Origin: Haliotis rufescens
Taxonomy: Eukaryota
Assembly: GCF_023055435.1 (NCBI RefSeq)
Contig: NW_025963857.1
Coordinates: 28,396,001-28,460,000 of the forward strand
Direction of reading: 5' to 3'
DNA: 64,000 nucleotides
Positions 1-12,946 of this stretch are shown piece after piece (position 1 is the first letter of the stretch; each line of letters begins with the position of its first letter). Under the pieces are notes generated by a model. It was given only the letters and a program-made list of their open reading frames with translations, was not told the DNA's origin and searched no databases. A program made the position numbers and the translations under genes.

Positions 1-312
1 TTCACGCACACATCACACAATATAAGTGGAGGGTTTCACGATCACATCACAGAATTCACATGGAGGGTTTCATGAACACATCATACATGGAGGGTTACAC
101 ACACATCACACATGGATGGCTTCACGCATTAGTCACACAATACACGTGGATGGTTTAACGAACACATCACACAATATACACGTGGAGGATTTCACGAACA
201 CCTCACACATAGATGGCTTCACACATTCGTCACACAATACACATGGAGGGTTACACGAACACGTCGCACAATACACATGGAGGGTTACACGAACACGTCG
301 CACAATACACAT
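1..312. repeat. ~33-bp degenerate minisatellite (ttcacgaacacatcacacaatacacatggaggg-like)
   Basis: About 9-10 imperfect tandem copies visible directly; this explains the His-rich ORF 26..328. Confidence 0.85.
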
Positions 313-800
313 GAGTCCTCACTTATAATTACACATTTTATTTTTGTTGGGTGCATTACTTTTATGAAACTAAATTCTTTCACTCGCCAATGTTGATACC
401 GTTTTACTTAATTCCATTAAATAAAGGCGTCGCATTATCACTGAGTCTAGATGATGGAAGCATCTGCATTGTAGAAATGGATCAAACATGATGAGTGATA
501 ATGTTGTTTTACGCCACAGTCAGCAATATTTCAATTATATTACGCGGTCTATAGATAACGGACTGTAGACTAAACAAAGCAATAGGGCAATAGGGCAATA
601 GAATGGGCGAAACTCCCATGCCGTCGATGAAGCCTGGTCACCTGATCCATCTAAATCGCCTCTTACCACACACAATGTATTTATAAATACTTTTATCTGC
701 TAATGTATTTTTAATCTGACGCCTTTGTTACACAAAAAATCTAATCTCTCAAAATGTCATGTTCATGTCATGGCAAGTGATCTAACCAGGTGGCATACCT

Positions 801-807
801 TATAAAA
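801..807 (+). promoter_or_regulatory. TATA box of the 398-aa secreted-protein gene
   Basis: TATAAAA 45 bp upstream of the ATG at 846. Confidence 0.6.
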
Positions 808-845
808 ACAGTTCAAGACAAGGAATTATACAGATAGACATCACA

Positions 846-2308
846 ATGTTGCTCATTGTGACTATCCTCCCAGCAGTATTCTGTTTTGTTGGTATGTATG
901 AATACGTATTGTATGCTAGAGTATCGTTATGGATACACATTCGTCTCATAAGTTTTTCTTTAAAGCGTGTGTGGGGTTGATTCCATCTGGAGAATAAGGT
1001 CTGAGTGTTGTCCAGACCTGTATGTATTGTTTTGGCAAGGGAAGCAGCTCAGTTCTGTCACCTCGATTCCAAAATTCCTGCGATGGTACTCCGTTTTCCG
1101 TCTTGTGTGAAGATGGTCAAAAACAACAGGGTGTATGAAATATACACACCTACACAATGGCGTCGCTAAACTTTCTGACTTGTGAACTTGTCGTTCTGGT
1201 TCGTTTTCAAGGTAGAAATAGAGATATGCTGTTTTGCATGCAGAGCTCACTCGTACCGAAATATAGAAACGTCGACTCTAGCTAACTGATTGATTAGAAA
1301 GTTCACAGGGTGCCAACTTCTGTGCAAGTGACCTTCACGCAGAGATGTATCGTATCGGAATTCAAGATCTGATTTTAATGGGCGTGAAGCGAAATCACTC
1401 ACTTTACAGTACGAAATAACGTATTTATTATTTATTATGTCACTTAAACTACAGGAGGTTTTGATGTCCTTTGAATGCAGAGTTGAAATGGGTCTCTCCC
1501 TTGTAACTTTATTTTGTTCTACGCCATTCTACTATTACAATTGTTTTAAGGGAGCTTCTGAATAATGCTCAACCAGACACAGTCGGCCAAATCAGGCCGC
1601 GCGTTGTAATATAATGCGACCTAATTTTAGTTGTCGTTTTGGGAAAGGGGGCATGGCTGGTTGTAACCTTGACCAAACAACTTTTGAACAATAGTGTTAT
1701 ATGTGAAATCATCATAGCATGTTCGATTGTAACTTTGTTAAAGTTGTGAAATGTGGACACCAAAGGCTGGTGCTGAAATATTGCTCAACAAAAAGGGAAG
1801 TTGACTATTAAAAAGTTAAAGTCATCCCTCTTGTACTATATTCTTGTATAGAGTGTTTTGTCACTCTGAATTAACGAATGTCTGTATCCCAATACATTTT
1901 AGACTTTACACTCCAGATGCTGCTGTGGACCTGGCGTCACCCTTGGTGTTTGACCCAACATTCTATGTCAACACTCACGCTGACCTTCACCAGATGGGCA
2001 TCAACTCTAAAGCTGCCGCTAAACAACACTGGCTTTCAAAGGGGATCAGCGAGGGAAGGCAGGGTTGTGGTAGCTTCCACTCGAAACAGTATCTTAAAAG
2101 GTATACGCTACCGTATCAATCTTGTCTACGAGGTGACTAAGTGATCAGATATCCAAACTGCCTGGATCGATGTTGTTCAAAATATCAGTCACTGGATTGC
2201 CAGGTCCATACTCCATTATTAATATCTAGAATAGTGTTGTGTGAGGTGAGGTGAAATTGGGTTTAGCGTCGCGTCCAAGATTATTGCACTTACATAGCGC
2301 CGTGCATG

Positions 2309-2376
<68 letters not shown>

Positions 2377-5202
2377 TGTGTGTGTACTTGTCCTAACAAA
2401 TGCTCATTTATAGTGCTAGCTCAGTGAGATACCCTATAACATGAATACCCCACTCAGACACAGTATACTGACCACGAGCCGACCAGTCCTTGTTTTAGCC
2501 CCTTAATGCCAAGCGCCAGGCAGGGTAACAAAAAGTACCATCTTTAAACGTTTGGTCGCCTGACGCAGTCGGGGATAGAACTCACGACCTTCCACTCTCC
2601 AGACGCTCTACCACTAGACCACGTAGGCGGTCAAATAATGTAATGACATATATTGACACATTTGATGTTCCATAACCATTTCTATAAAACAAAAATTGTT
2701 CTTCCAATAACTACTTAATAACTGGCAGTCATGCATAGGCAGTTAAACGTGTGTAGTGGTATACAGATCCCACTATGAGTATGTACAGAAAAAGGTGACA
2801 TGTCTGCAGTGCAAATTCCTAGGACATTTCTTTGCCCATACTTTCCAAATGATAACGCAATGCAGTTTAGGTGAGTAAGTTTGTAAACATTTTAGACACT
2901 ATATTCCATTTCAAACACTGGGGAGGATTTCAATGATTGTAGGTCAGTATCAGGGTCAGTTTACTGTGTCTGAGTGGAGGATTTCAATGACTGTACATCT
3001 TCTGGATTGTGTGAAATTGGCGTCCATTGGTTTTTACATGAGTAACACGATGAGGACAAGATATCATATAATGACACGTTTGAAGCAGATTAAGATTTCT
3101 TATGGATGAGGAAAGGGATTTGTCGCTTTTAAATGATAAAATTTAGCATTTCTCTTCCAACAACTGATTGTGTTATATAAGGACTCACACAGATGAAGAA
3201 GACGTCATCAACTGTTCATTCTGATTTGAGTTCAGGAAACTTATTTTTCTCTCAGAAACAAGACCACGGATAATAAAAAAACAATAAACTGTTCGGAATT
3301 CCGGATTATCTGTCGTGACTTAATGTTGAGAGTACCTTATACCCAGATCGGAAACGTAGTTAGTTTGCTCATGAAAATCCGTAATGTCTAGTTGCTGGTA
3401 GGTTAGTCCATACCTCTTTATGCCGCTTTTAGCAATATTATAGCCATTTCACAATGTGACACAGAACTGTGCCTCACATGCATCCATGTTATGAATCAAA
3501 CGCAGGTCTTCGGTGTGACGAGTGAATGCTTTAACCATGAGGTTACCCCTATATGCCTCAGATTTTTAATTTTTTTCTTCAAAATTTTAATTTTCAGATA
3601 TGCTGACCTTTCCAAAGCGTTTGGAACCAACTATCATCAAGCTATTAACCACTACTTGACACATCAGAGTGAGAAAAAGCTGGGGTATGTCGAGGGAGGC
3701 TATAACGGAAGGTGGACCATATCAAATCAACACCATGACCTCTTCATCAGTGCCTCTGCTAGGATGGGAGGAGCGATTGACAGTCTGGTCTGGGACAACA
3801 AGGAATTCATTAATGCATGGGATCATGGCAGAGAGCTTCAGATGGTGACCAACGTTCACCCATACGGGGAGTGTTTCAACCCTACCGAAGCTGGAGGAAG
3901 AGATGACGGCAAAAGATCGAGCACGACGTCCAAGATAATAAGTGTAACAGCACAAAGGAATATCTTAAAAACGACAGTATGTATTACTGTTAACATATTT
4001 GAATACGATTTTAAAAGACGACTTGTGCATGCTATTTAGTAACCATGTAAACTATTACTCATATACTATTCTATATACCATTTATTGACGAAATTTGAAC
4101 AGTTGTGGTGGATTTTGTTGTATGTTCATGAAGGCCATTTCACATGACGTTTACAGGTATCTTAGATTACACAAACATATTCATGTTTTCAAAGTCAACA
4201 GAGAAGAACATAACAAGTCATATAACTACTGATTGGCGTTAAAATGTATAATATCTATAATCTGGTCAACAGTTTTCCAAAGCTTTAAGTGGGTATGGGT
4301 AGCCAAGCCGTCTAGGTTCCGCAATCCACTGAGCACAGCTGCAGCTGTCAGGCGTGTGAGAAATGTATGATCGTGGATTCGAATTCCATATTCGCCCTGA
4401 TTAGGTTTCGAGGTTTGTCAACACCATATCGTGCTCGTGGGTTTCACCAAAGTGGTAATCACACCTGACCCATGCATAACCTCGCTACTTTCTTCCAAGG
4501 TAAACAGACACAACGTGCTATAACTCAGTATCAGTTTGAACCAAACTAAAAAATACAAATATTTAAATAAATGACATCACGAGCTGAAGGCTTATTCTTG
4601 GTTGTTTTTTTCAGAATCACCCAGCTTTCTGGCTTCGTCACGGTGACCACGGGTCGGCAGCCTCGAAGAATCCTTCATGCTTACCAGGTGTACCTACAAA
4701 AAACACTGTGGACACTTACGAATACGACTTCTCAAAGAATGTGACAATAGGTTGTGCTGAAATGTCTCATTGCATCAAATATGAGTCAATGTTCACTATT
4801 GGTGGCCATTGGCCAGCTGGGTCTGTTTCACATAATATTGCAGCTCCAACTGGTTATTTGACAGGAGAGTTCCAAATCCTTAAAAGTCTCAATTTGGGTA
4901 ATGGCCAGATACAACCGTACAGCAGCAAACACCCTGTTGTTCTTGCAACATCAGATCACAGGCATGCAATGGGAGTCTACTCTCCAGAGGGCCAAGACAC
5001 AGATGCTCACTTTTATAATGGGGCACGTTTCGGAAGTGCCTTTGGTAGTGGAACCAGTAAATGGGGATCGGGGTTCCGCAAGAAGGCTTTCCCAAATGGA
5101 AGCTTGCACAAGTTATCCTACGTCACCTACATCTGCGTCGGAAATCTTGACCAGGTCACTCAATGCGTAAGAAAGCTTCACGCCACATATCCCAGAGTTT
5201 AG
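846..5202 (+). CDS. 4-exon gene for a secreted 398-aa protein: signal peptide + two 'FDxxFY..x.DL...HW/YL..G..EGR'-type repeats + uncharacterised bacterial-like domain
   Basis: Exons 846-891, 1917-2100, 3598-3976, 4615-5202. All introns are GT-AG, with phases 1, 2, 0 joining in frame (1197 nt = 398 aa + stop). N-terminus MLLIVTILPAVFCFVDAAVDL is signal-like. TATA at 801, AATAAA at 5224. ORFs 1844..2140, 3491..4039 and 4708..5202 are parts of it. Confidence 0.88.
1600..1850 (-). mobile_element. Decayed Penelope-like retroelement RT fragment (intron 1)
   Basis: Minus strand reads approximately KRDDFNFLIVNFPFLLSNISAPAFGVHISQL, like the Penelope 'YDKRDDFNF.IVNFP' motif. Homologous to ~61550-61750. 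Confidence 0.65.
2241..2632 (-). mobile_element. tRNA-derived SINE, family 1 (CACCT-repeat tail; probably Meta/RUDI-domain), with expanded (GT)n at 2312-2385
   Basis: Homologous to 7003-7314 (+) and 11468-11755 (-). B-box-like ggttcgattcccgg is seen in the + copy. Confidence 0.75.
4289..4545 (+). mobile_element. tRNA-derived SINE, family 4 (ggttcgaat..ggtttgtcaacaccatacccgtgcacg core)
   Basis: Core recurs at ~12027-12290, 12710-12830, 20220-20470, 23700-23880(-), 30230-30480, 33950-34120(-), 43500-43780, 46970-47160(-), 55630-55850, 57780-57860(-) and 59200-59370(-). Confidence 0.6.
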
Positions 5203-5223
5203 TAATTCTTGTTAACCACACTG

Positions 5224-5229
5224 AATAAA
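5224..5229 (+). terminator. Polyadenylation signal of the 398-aa gene
   Basis: AATAAA 22 nt after the TAG at 5200-5202. Confidence 0.65.
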
Positions 5230-5395
5230 CTATTTCACCAGATTTTTAAATTAGTTTTCCGTAGAGAAGATCTTATTTTCCAAGACATGATGGAAAGATA
5301 GCTGCACTTCATACATGAGTTTGGTTTGATTTTATCTCGTTTTAGTACTGTTCCATGCCATATCATGCCATGACAGATTAACTATAGACATATGA

Positions 5396-5638
5396 TTGGT
5401 TGGTTGGTTTGTTGTTTAACGCCGCACTCAGCAATATTCCAGCTTTATGATGGCGGTCTATAAATAATCGAGTCCGGACCAGACAATCCAGTGATTAATA
5501 TCATGAGCATCGATCCACGCAATTGGGATCGATGACATGCATCAACCAAGTCAGAGAGCCTGACCCCCCGATCCCGTTAGTCGCCTTTTACGACAAGCAT
5601 AGTCACCCTTTACGGCAAGCATGGGATCTTCACGGGTC
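5396..5638 (-). mobile_element. SINE-like repeat, family 2 (gacccgtgaag...gtcgtaagaggcgactaa...aaacaacaaac tail)
   Basis: Near-identical copies at 8139-8388(+), 8949-9112(+, partial), 16664-16932(-) and 32207-32456(-). Confidence 0.8.
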
Positions 5639-7002
5639 TATAGAAATATGAAGGAATCGGATTGTCTTTAACCTCTTCTGAGTCGTACATTACGGTGGGG
5701 AACCTACCACCTTGCATGTCATTCAATCCATCAGTTCTGTCCGCATTAAGGGTTAAACGCCCTCACGTTGTTGACATACTTTAGTCATATTCTCCAAGGT
5801 TTACTGGAGCATATCTGATTTATATGTCATTTATATGTCACAAGTAGATCGGTTTGAAGATGTGTCGACTTTGGTTAGGACAGATTACTGATGTTGAAGT
5901 TTGCATTAGTGTAGGATCCAGTGAACTGTGCTGTTCTGCTTTAATCTGGAAAAGACCACTTAAAGATATTAGCTGTATATACATATCCGAGTTCATGTCA
6001 TTCATGTGTTTTCTTTCTAAGTCATCTTCTGGAAACATCTTCTCTGAAACTTTAAATACCATTTGTGATTTGGCCGGTCGTGAAAGACAATTTATAGATT
6101 TCTATCTCAATGAAAGAATGAAGCAACGTCGGAATCACGTCTTGCTTTACACTGACAGTGAGTTGGATTTGACGACGCTGTTAGTATTATTCAAGTAATA
6201 TCATGGCGGGGAACACCAGAAACTGACTTCACACATTGTAAGCACGGCAGAGAGGCATGGGCGACGATTACACTTGTCACCACTGCGCTTTGCGTTGATG
6301 GTTACAGAGAAGGATCTCAGCGAGAAATGCCAGAGTGACTTCCCTTTTGTTTAACAGTCAACGACTTATATCTTTCCGTTGTTATTTTCAAGACGCTCAC
6401 AATACGAACTTGTACTATGATTTTAATATAAATAAACATATTATTTGTCGGAACTGCTTATGCATTAGGCCTGCGGTAACAAATAAAGCATTTGTAAATG
6501 TATTCACATTTTGTTTTTCAACATTGGGACTTTGAAAGAGCGGCGCAACCGTAAACCAAGAACAGAAATGTCGCCTGAGGGAGTAATCCCATTGATGCAA
6601 GAAACTGAGGACCTTAGGTATTTTCTCCCCAACTGAATTTAACCTTCTGCCAGACTGACGGGGCTGACGGGACCAATGCAGTTGTGAAGTTGTGAACAGG
6701 GGACTTCCATGTTAGCAAATTCTGGTTTACATCTATCAATCTGTTCCACTAGACCACTCTAGATCTGACAATCCATTTCATTTCAATATTGGTAATTTCG
6801 TTTGTTTGTCAGGTATTTATCCCGAACATGACACGAAGCGATGTTACGTGTACGTACCTTTGAGGATGTCTAAGAACAAACATCTTTCACTTTGTAATAT
6901 CACTCTTGATAGCTGTGTGCATGAGGAAGTGATATAATATGGATCTGGATTTAAGTACTTCATTTCTTCATATTCATTTATGAAAATATTTTAAATTTCA
7001 AT

Positions 7003-7314
7003 AGCGGAAGGTCCGGGGTTCGATTCCCGGCTGTGTCATACCAAGAGACGTTTAAAGATGGTCCCCCTTAAGCTTGTTACCTTGTCTTGCGCTCGGCATT
7101 AACGGGCTAAAACAAGGCCTGGTCGGCTCGGATTCATTATACCGTGAGTGGAGTATTCATGTTAAACTGCGGCATGGTATCTCAGTGAGCTGGCACTATA
7201 AATCGGCTTAAAACCGGACTACTACAAACTGCCACACATCCACGTGCATATACGTCGCTATATAAGTGCAATTTAAACTTGGACGCGATGTTAACTCCCA
7301 TTTCACCTCACCTC
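7003..7314 (+). mobile_element. tRNA-derived SINE, family 1
   Basis: ggttcgattcccggc B-box, cataccaagagac..aaagatgg core, tcacctcacct tail. Confidence 0.75.
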
Positions 7315-7590
7315 TTTTGAAAGCTAAGTATTCATATCTGCGGTGTGACATACATGTATGTTGTCATTGAATGACATCTGGCGAGGTGTTTGTTGGGACG
7401 CCATCATCAGGAATACAATAATGAACTAAACAAATTAGCATCAAACATGCTTTGCTGATAAAAAAGATAAAATAAGATACAAATACGCCTTGTGACTACA
7501 GCTATAAACGAACCTGGTTTATACGTTTTGTCATTAACATAGTTAGCATAACTTGACCTCAGTTCTAGGTTTAAATAGATATCTTTATTT

Positions 7591-7810
7591 AATATGCCTC
7601 AAAGTCAGATTGACCAATCAGAGAGCAGAACCTCTAACCCTTCTAACCGTCAGTAAAAATCCAAGATGGTTGTTACTGACCTAATATGAGACCGTATACC
7701 GTCAGTAACAACCATTTTGGATTTTCCATAACCCACTTCACATATTTCACATGAAAATTCTGGTACAGAAATTCGTTGTTCGACACGGTTTTGTGTTTTA
7801 CTATCATTAA
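7591..7810. repeat. Dispersed repeat with internal inverted segments (possible MITE / DNA-transposon piece)
   Basis: Second copy at ~63582-63795. Contains aaaatccaagatggt ... accattttggatttt inverted pair. Confidence 0.6.
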
Positions 7811-8138
7811 TTTTTATGTGCAAGGTGAATTTAATAAAGATTTTATAAAGTTAAAATTATCCACAAGGTATGGACACTGAGGTTTGAAGAGTAGTCTCCC
7901 TTCAACCCTTAACGCCTCAGGTTGTAAGTGTTAAGTTTTGAGTTTTAAGCTTGGACATGACATGTGCGACAAAGATACCAAATAGTGTAAAGTTTTCGTT
8001 ATAATAAATTCGTTATGGTGTCTTTAGTTGCCGTATACGGCGTCATATTATCCTTATATATGTACCTTTCTCTACAGTTGCTCAATATAAATATTATTTA
8101 AGACTGTTCATGCAACATGCTGTGACTCGTGCCTTAAT

Positions 8139-8388
8139 CGCAACTGATCCCGGTAGAAAATGTCTTCAGCAACCCATGCTTATCGTGAGAGGTGACTAAC
8201 ATGATCGGATGGTCAGGCTTGCTGACTTGTTTGATGCATGTCATCGTATCCCGATTGCGTAAATCGATGCTCATGATGTCAGTCACTGGATTGTCTGGTC
8301 CAGAATCGATTTCGTACAGACCGCCGTTATATAGCTGGACTATTACTGAATGCGGCGTTAGGCAACAAACAAACAAACAAAAAAACTT
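8139..8388 (+). mobile_element. SINE-like repeat, family 2
   Basis: Reverse complement of 5396-5638 and 16664-16932; (caaa)n tail. Confidence 0.8.
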
Positions 8389-9300
8389 TTCACCGGACAC
8401 ATAAACATACAAATTGAATGTGTTTAGATTGGGCTGTACATGTTGGTGAACACGTGATCAACTTTATTCGTAGCCATGGGAAATTCGTACAAACTACCAA
8501 CTCGTGGTAAAAAAAATAAAATTGGGAAAACGACCTGAATATTGATTTATTACTACACATATTGAATTATTAAATGATAAATGTTTTTTAAATCTTAAAA
8601 TCTATTGAAGATGAAAAGCGCTTACTAATATGTTGTCCTTTTTATGAAGATTTAAGAGATGAATTATTTTATGAAGCTTCAAATGTTTCCCAGAGTTTTT
8701 ATACCCTTGATGATATGCATAAGTTATGTTTTATATTGAAATCGGACGATTTACAGTAGCATTTATCTAAGACCCTCTTAGTAATGTATAAACGATTATT
8801 ATCTTATATATGAATTGTCTTTAACAATACTTATGCAGTGCTGAAATTGTCACAGCTTCATACTTTTCATAAATTATAACTGTATATGTTTTATATGTTT
8901 TCGCCCTGTCTCATAAGCCCTATGGCTGCGCCTTGTATTCTTTACTTATGGTCAGGCTCGCTGACTTGGTTGATGCATGGCATCGATCCCAATTGCGTGG
9001 ATAGATGCTCATGTTGTCAGTCACTGGATTGTCTGGTCCAGACTCGATTATTTACAGACCGCCGTCATATAGCTTGAATATTGCTGAGTGCGGCGTGAAA
9101 CAACAAACAAAAACTTATACTTTGAATTTGTATATATTATAATTATATTAATAAACTATTTTTATTCTCTCTCTCTTAAACTTTAAATGATAATGTGATG
9201 CATTTTTACTTGACTTATATTTTACAAGCGCTTCACATTCTCTTTATTATTATATTTTAATGCGACAAATTGATATTCTGATGGATAATTATATACATCT

Positions 9301-9305
<5 letters not shown>

Positions 9306-9360
<55 letters not shown>
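9306..9360. repeat. (TA)n microsatellite
   Basis: Direct observation. Confidence 0.95.
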
Positions 9361-9361
<1 letters not shown>

Positions 9362-9617
9362 CTATAGATATAGATATGTAGATATTAAGTGCAATGATCT
9401 TGATCGTGACGATCGATAAACCCTTTCCACATCAATCCAGTAGTGATCACAGGAATCAGTATATATTGTCTCTACAGATCAATGATCCAAACTTAAAGAA
9501 ACTAAAAAGTTGTACAAGTATGTACAGAGTGGTAGGACGTTATATGAAATCAAAACTAATGACAGAACACAAGCACATGTGAATGTGACATGGCTAAAGC
9601 ATTAAATGTTTCATATA

Positions 9618-9900
9618 TTTCCAAAATTGCTGTCATCAGACTGGGGCAGATATATTTAATGTGTCATGCATTTTAAAAGTTGCTATCATCAGAGTAGGGC
9701 TGAGATATTTAATGTGTCATGTATTTCAAAAGTTGCTATCATCAGACTAGGGCTGAAATATATAGTGTGTCATGTATTTCAAAAGTTGCTATCATCAGAC
9801 TAGCGCTGAGATATTTAATGTGTCCTGTGTTTCAAAAGTTTCTATCATCAGACCAGCGCTGAGATATTTAATGTGTCACGTATTTCGAAATTGCTATCAT
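9618..9900. repeat. 53-bp tandem minisatellite, ~5.3 copies
   Basis: Unit tttcaaaagttgctatcatcagactagggctgagatatttaatgtgtcatgta repeated head to tail. Confidence 0.9.
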
Positions 9901-11259
9901 AATTAGACATTTAATCACCATCTTCCTGTAGAGACTGGCCGTTGTAATGGTAAAGTTAAGAAAGGACTTTTCAAATGTAACACCTTTTGAAATTCTAGAT
10001 CAAAATATATCCCATCTAATTATTTTGGCCTAACCTGTATAAATACAAGAAACAGCTATAAATATGTCCATGTTAAAAAAACCATGTTACAATTACTTAC
10101 AATAGTATATTTTACTATGAGAACAAAAACGACAACAAAATGTCCATACTCAAAACAATGCCGACTATATCATGTGTTTATGAATTACTAATACATAGTT
10201 ATGACACCAGGGTTTCGTTAAATGTAAAACGTAACCGATACTGCAATCTTGTCTTCGAATGTTTCGTAATTGTTGCAAATATATGCTCTTAAAGCTTGTA
10301 CCACCGCCGGCAGTGATTTGTGCAATAAATAATAGATTGAAAAAATGTATGTTTATAGGGTAACCCACACGAAGCTGTCCGAAGAAAAAGTCATGTTCAA
10401 TTCTATGGCTAAATTAATAATATGAATCAAAATATTAACTTAAAACTGCACAGCATTTAGTTAACACTCGCATCACTTGTATCAAGCGTCAAAATGCACT
10501 GAGAGACTGAGAGAATTGTAGTTTGGCAGAATATGAAAACCAAGATAAAAAACCTATGTTAAGTGATAAAATATAAGTTGGCCGTTGTTAAAGATATGTG
10601 AAACAAGGTTCATAGTATTGGAAGAAGTGCTACAGTCTCCTGTATCGTTGCTGATAGTATGAGGCGCTGGTGAAACATGGAGAATCAACAACGGAGTTAT
10701 ATTTGTGTCAGCCGAGTGCGATGTGTACTGTATTTGTTACAAACGCTTAACACAACAACCGTACACACAATAACAATATTATTACTAACTCCATGTTTTG
10801 CTTCCGACAATTACTCGTTGGTTTCACCAAAGGGGTAATTGTCTAAGACCCGCATCACTTCGAGCTTTCCTCCCACAGTAAGCTGACATAACTGGAATAC
10901 TGTTCAAAGCGGCGTTAAAACCAATTCACTCAGTCCGTACAAAAAACATCACGCATGTGAACATATGTTACGATTTTCATCATGACAATTAAAAAGAACA
11001 AACCTGAAACTACATAAAGTTACATAAAGCATACATTACATTGAGCTGTACACGGATATGGCTGCAGTACATTACAAGCATGTGATACACGAATTTCTTT
11101 TAGAAAGACAATTACATTATGAAACGGTAAAACTGACTGATTGACAAATGTGACAAGGTAATTGCGTCTAATTGATGGTTGATGAAGATAATGTCAGTTT
11201 GAAAGGCAACACGTGTCACAGATAAGCGTTAACGTTTCATCAGTACAAAACGGTTTCAG

Positions 11260-11336
11260 TATAAATATAGGCGTTACCTTCAGACAAGTATTCACACATG
11301 TACATGACATACAGGCGCTGTTGCATTTAACAGTCA
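11260..11336 (+). promoter_or_regulatory. Probable TATA box and non-coding first exon of knottin gene K1
   Basis: TATAAATA at 11260, then a donor gtaagt at 11337. Same layout as the A and B genes (TATAAATA, short UTR exon, intron, signal exon). Confidence 0.5.
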
Positions 11337-11467
11337 GTAAGTATATTCTTGATTTGAGGTCATTGCGGGGGATTCGGGGTCGATGGTAGTGGGTACCAGT
11401 CCCCGAAATGATCTTTGACAGCACTATAGGCATTCCTTCGAAAGAGCGTTGGCAGCGGTTCAGAGAA

Positions 11468-11755
11468 TGAGGTGAGGTGAGGTGAAATGGGGTTTAACGT
11501 CGCGTCCAATAATATTGCACTTATGTAGCGACGTGTGTGTGTTTGTGTAGCTGCTTGTACTAGTCCGGACTGATGCCGATTTATAGTGTTAGCTCACTGA
11601 GATACCATGCCGCAGTTTAACATGAATACCCCACTCAGACACAGTATACTGACTCCGAGCCGACCAGTCCTTGTTTTAGCCCCTTAATGCCGAGCGCCAG
11701 ACAGGGTAACAACAAGTACCATCTTTTAACGACTTTTGGTATGACGCGGCCGGGA
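11468..11755 (-). mobile_element. tRNA-derived SINE, family 1
   Basis: Homologous to 2241-2632 and 7003-7314. Confidence 0.75.
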
Positions 11756-12946
11756 TCTCCGCATTCCCGCTTTGGCCCTCGCTACTTGAACTAGAATCCC
11801 TAACTTTCGCGTTGATTAATTAACGAAGATAGCTGCGTGTGTACTAATACTTTAAATTGAAAACAAGCTATTCCACCTATAAGGAAAATTACTAACAGTA
11901 GCGACAAAAATTGCAAAGTACATTTTTCAAGATAAGTCGATCTTGTTAGCGATAAACATCATTATTGATTTTAATAGTGATTCATAAACACCTTTTCATG
12001 CACGTACAATCGCGTTAAACACCACGGGGCACGTGTGCCCCAGTCGTCTAAGCAATTCTCTGTTCGGAAATCCTTCGGTGCGCCAGACACCTATGATTGT
12101 GGGTTCGAATCCCCGTCCGCCCGGATTATGTTCCCAGGTTTGTCAGCACCATACCCGTGCACGTTGACTTCACCGAAGTGGTAAACGTCAACAACATCTG
12201 CACGGATTGTTTTCAGTTCGTGTTGTGGGCTTTCTATCTTCAGAAAGCTAAAAAACATGAATTACTGAAATACGGTTCGAAGCATCTGAAATTATTCATC
12301 ATACTCACCCTACGCAGTCATCTGGTGCTTATTATCAATGTCATCATTTAGATACAAATGTCCAGTTTCGTGACATCAATGTTCCATAAGGAACAACTCA
12401 ATCTTGTATCACGTCGCTATATAAGTGCAATAATATTGGACGCGACGTTAAACCCAATTTCACCTCACCTCAATCTTGTATCTCTGTTACATAAAATGAC
12501 CAAAAACGTAGAAACGAAAAATTCAAGCAAAAATAAAATATATGATTGAATAAACAATTGGTTATCGTTTCAATTGATTAAATATGCACTTAGAAGCTAT
12601 TTGTCAGTTTTACTCAATGTTTCGAATCAATACGTTTTGTCACATATATGGACGCTTTAGCATTGCTCATACATGTAATGTCGTATGCAGATTGTTAAAA
12701 TTAGAGGCCCAGCGGTATAAAGCGCTACAATTCACTGAGTTGCTCTGTAAAGATATCGGGTCTAATCCCGATTGTAACCTTGGTTTGTCAACACCATACC
12801 CATACTCGTTGGCATTACCAAAGAAATATATGTCTACGCTCTTCACAGTGACCTTAATCCAAATCATTCACTAAAGCACACCCTTCTCATACATAACACA
12901 TACTACCTAACATGCTTAATCTACTTTTCAGTATTATTCTACAGCT

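Noticed and set aside
26-328. His-rich 100-aa ORF
   Set aside because: It is the translation of a ~33-bp minisatellite, has a GTG start and shows no gene signals.
9618-9900. Regularly spaced repeats resembling a CRISPR array
   Set aside because: Head-to-tail 53-bp units with no unique spacers, no cas genes, eukaryotic context.
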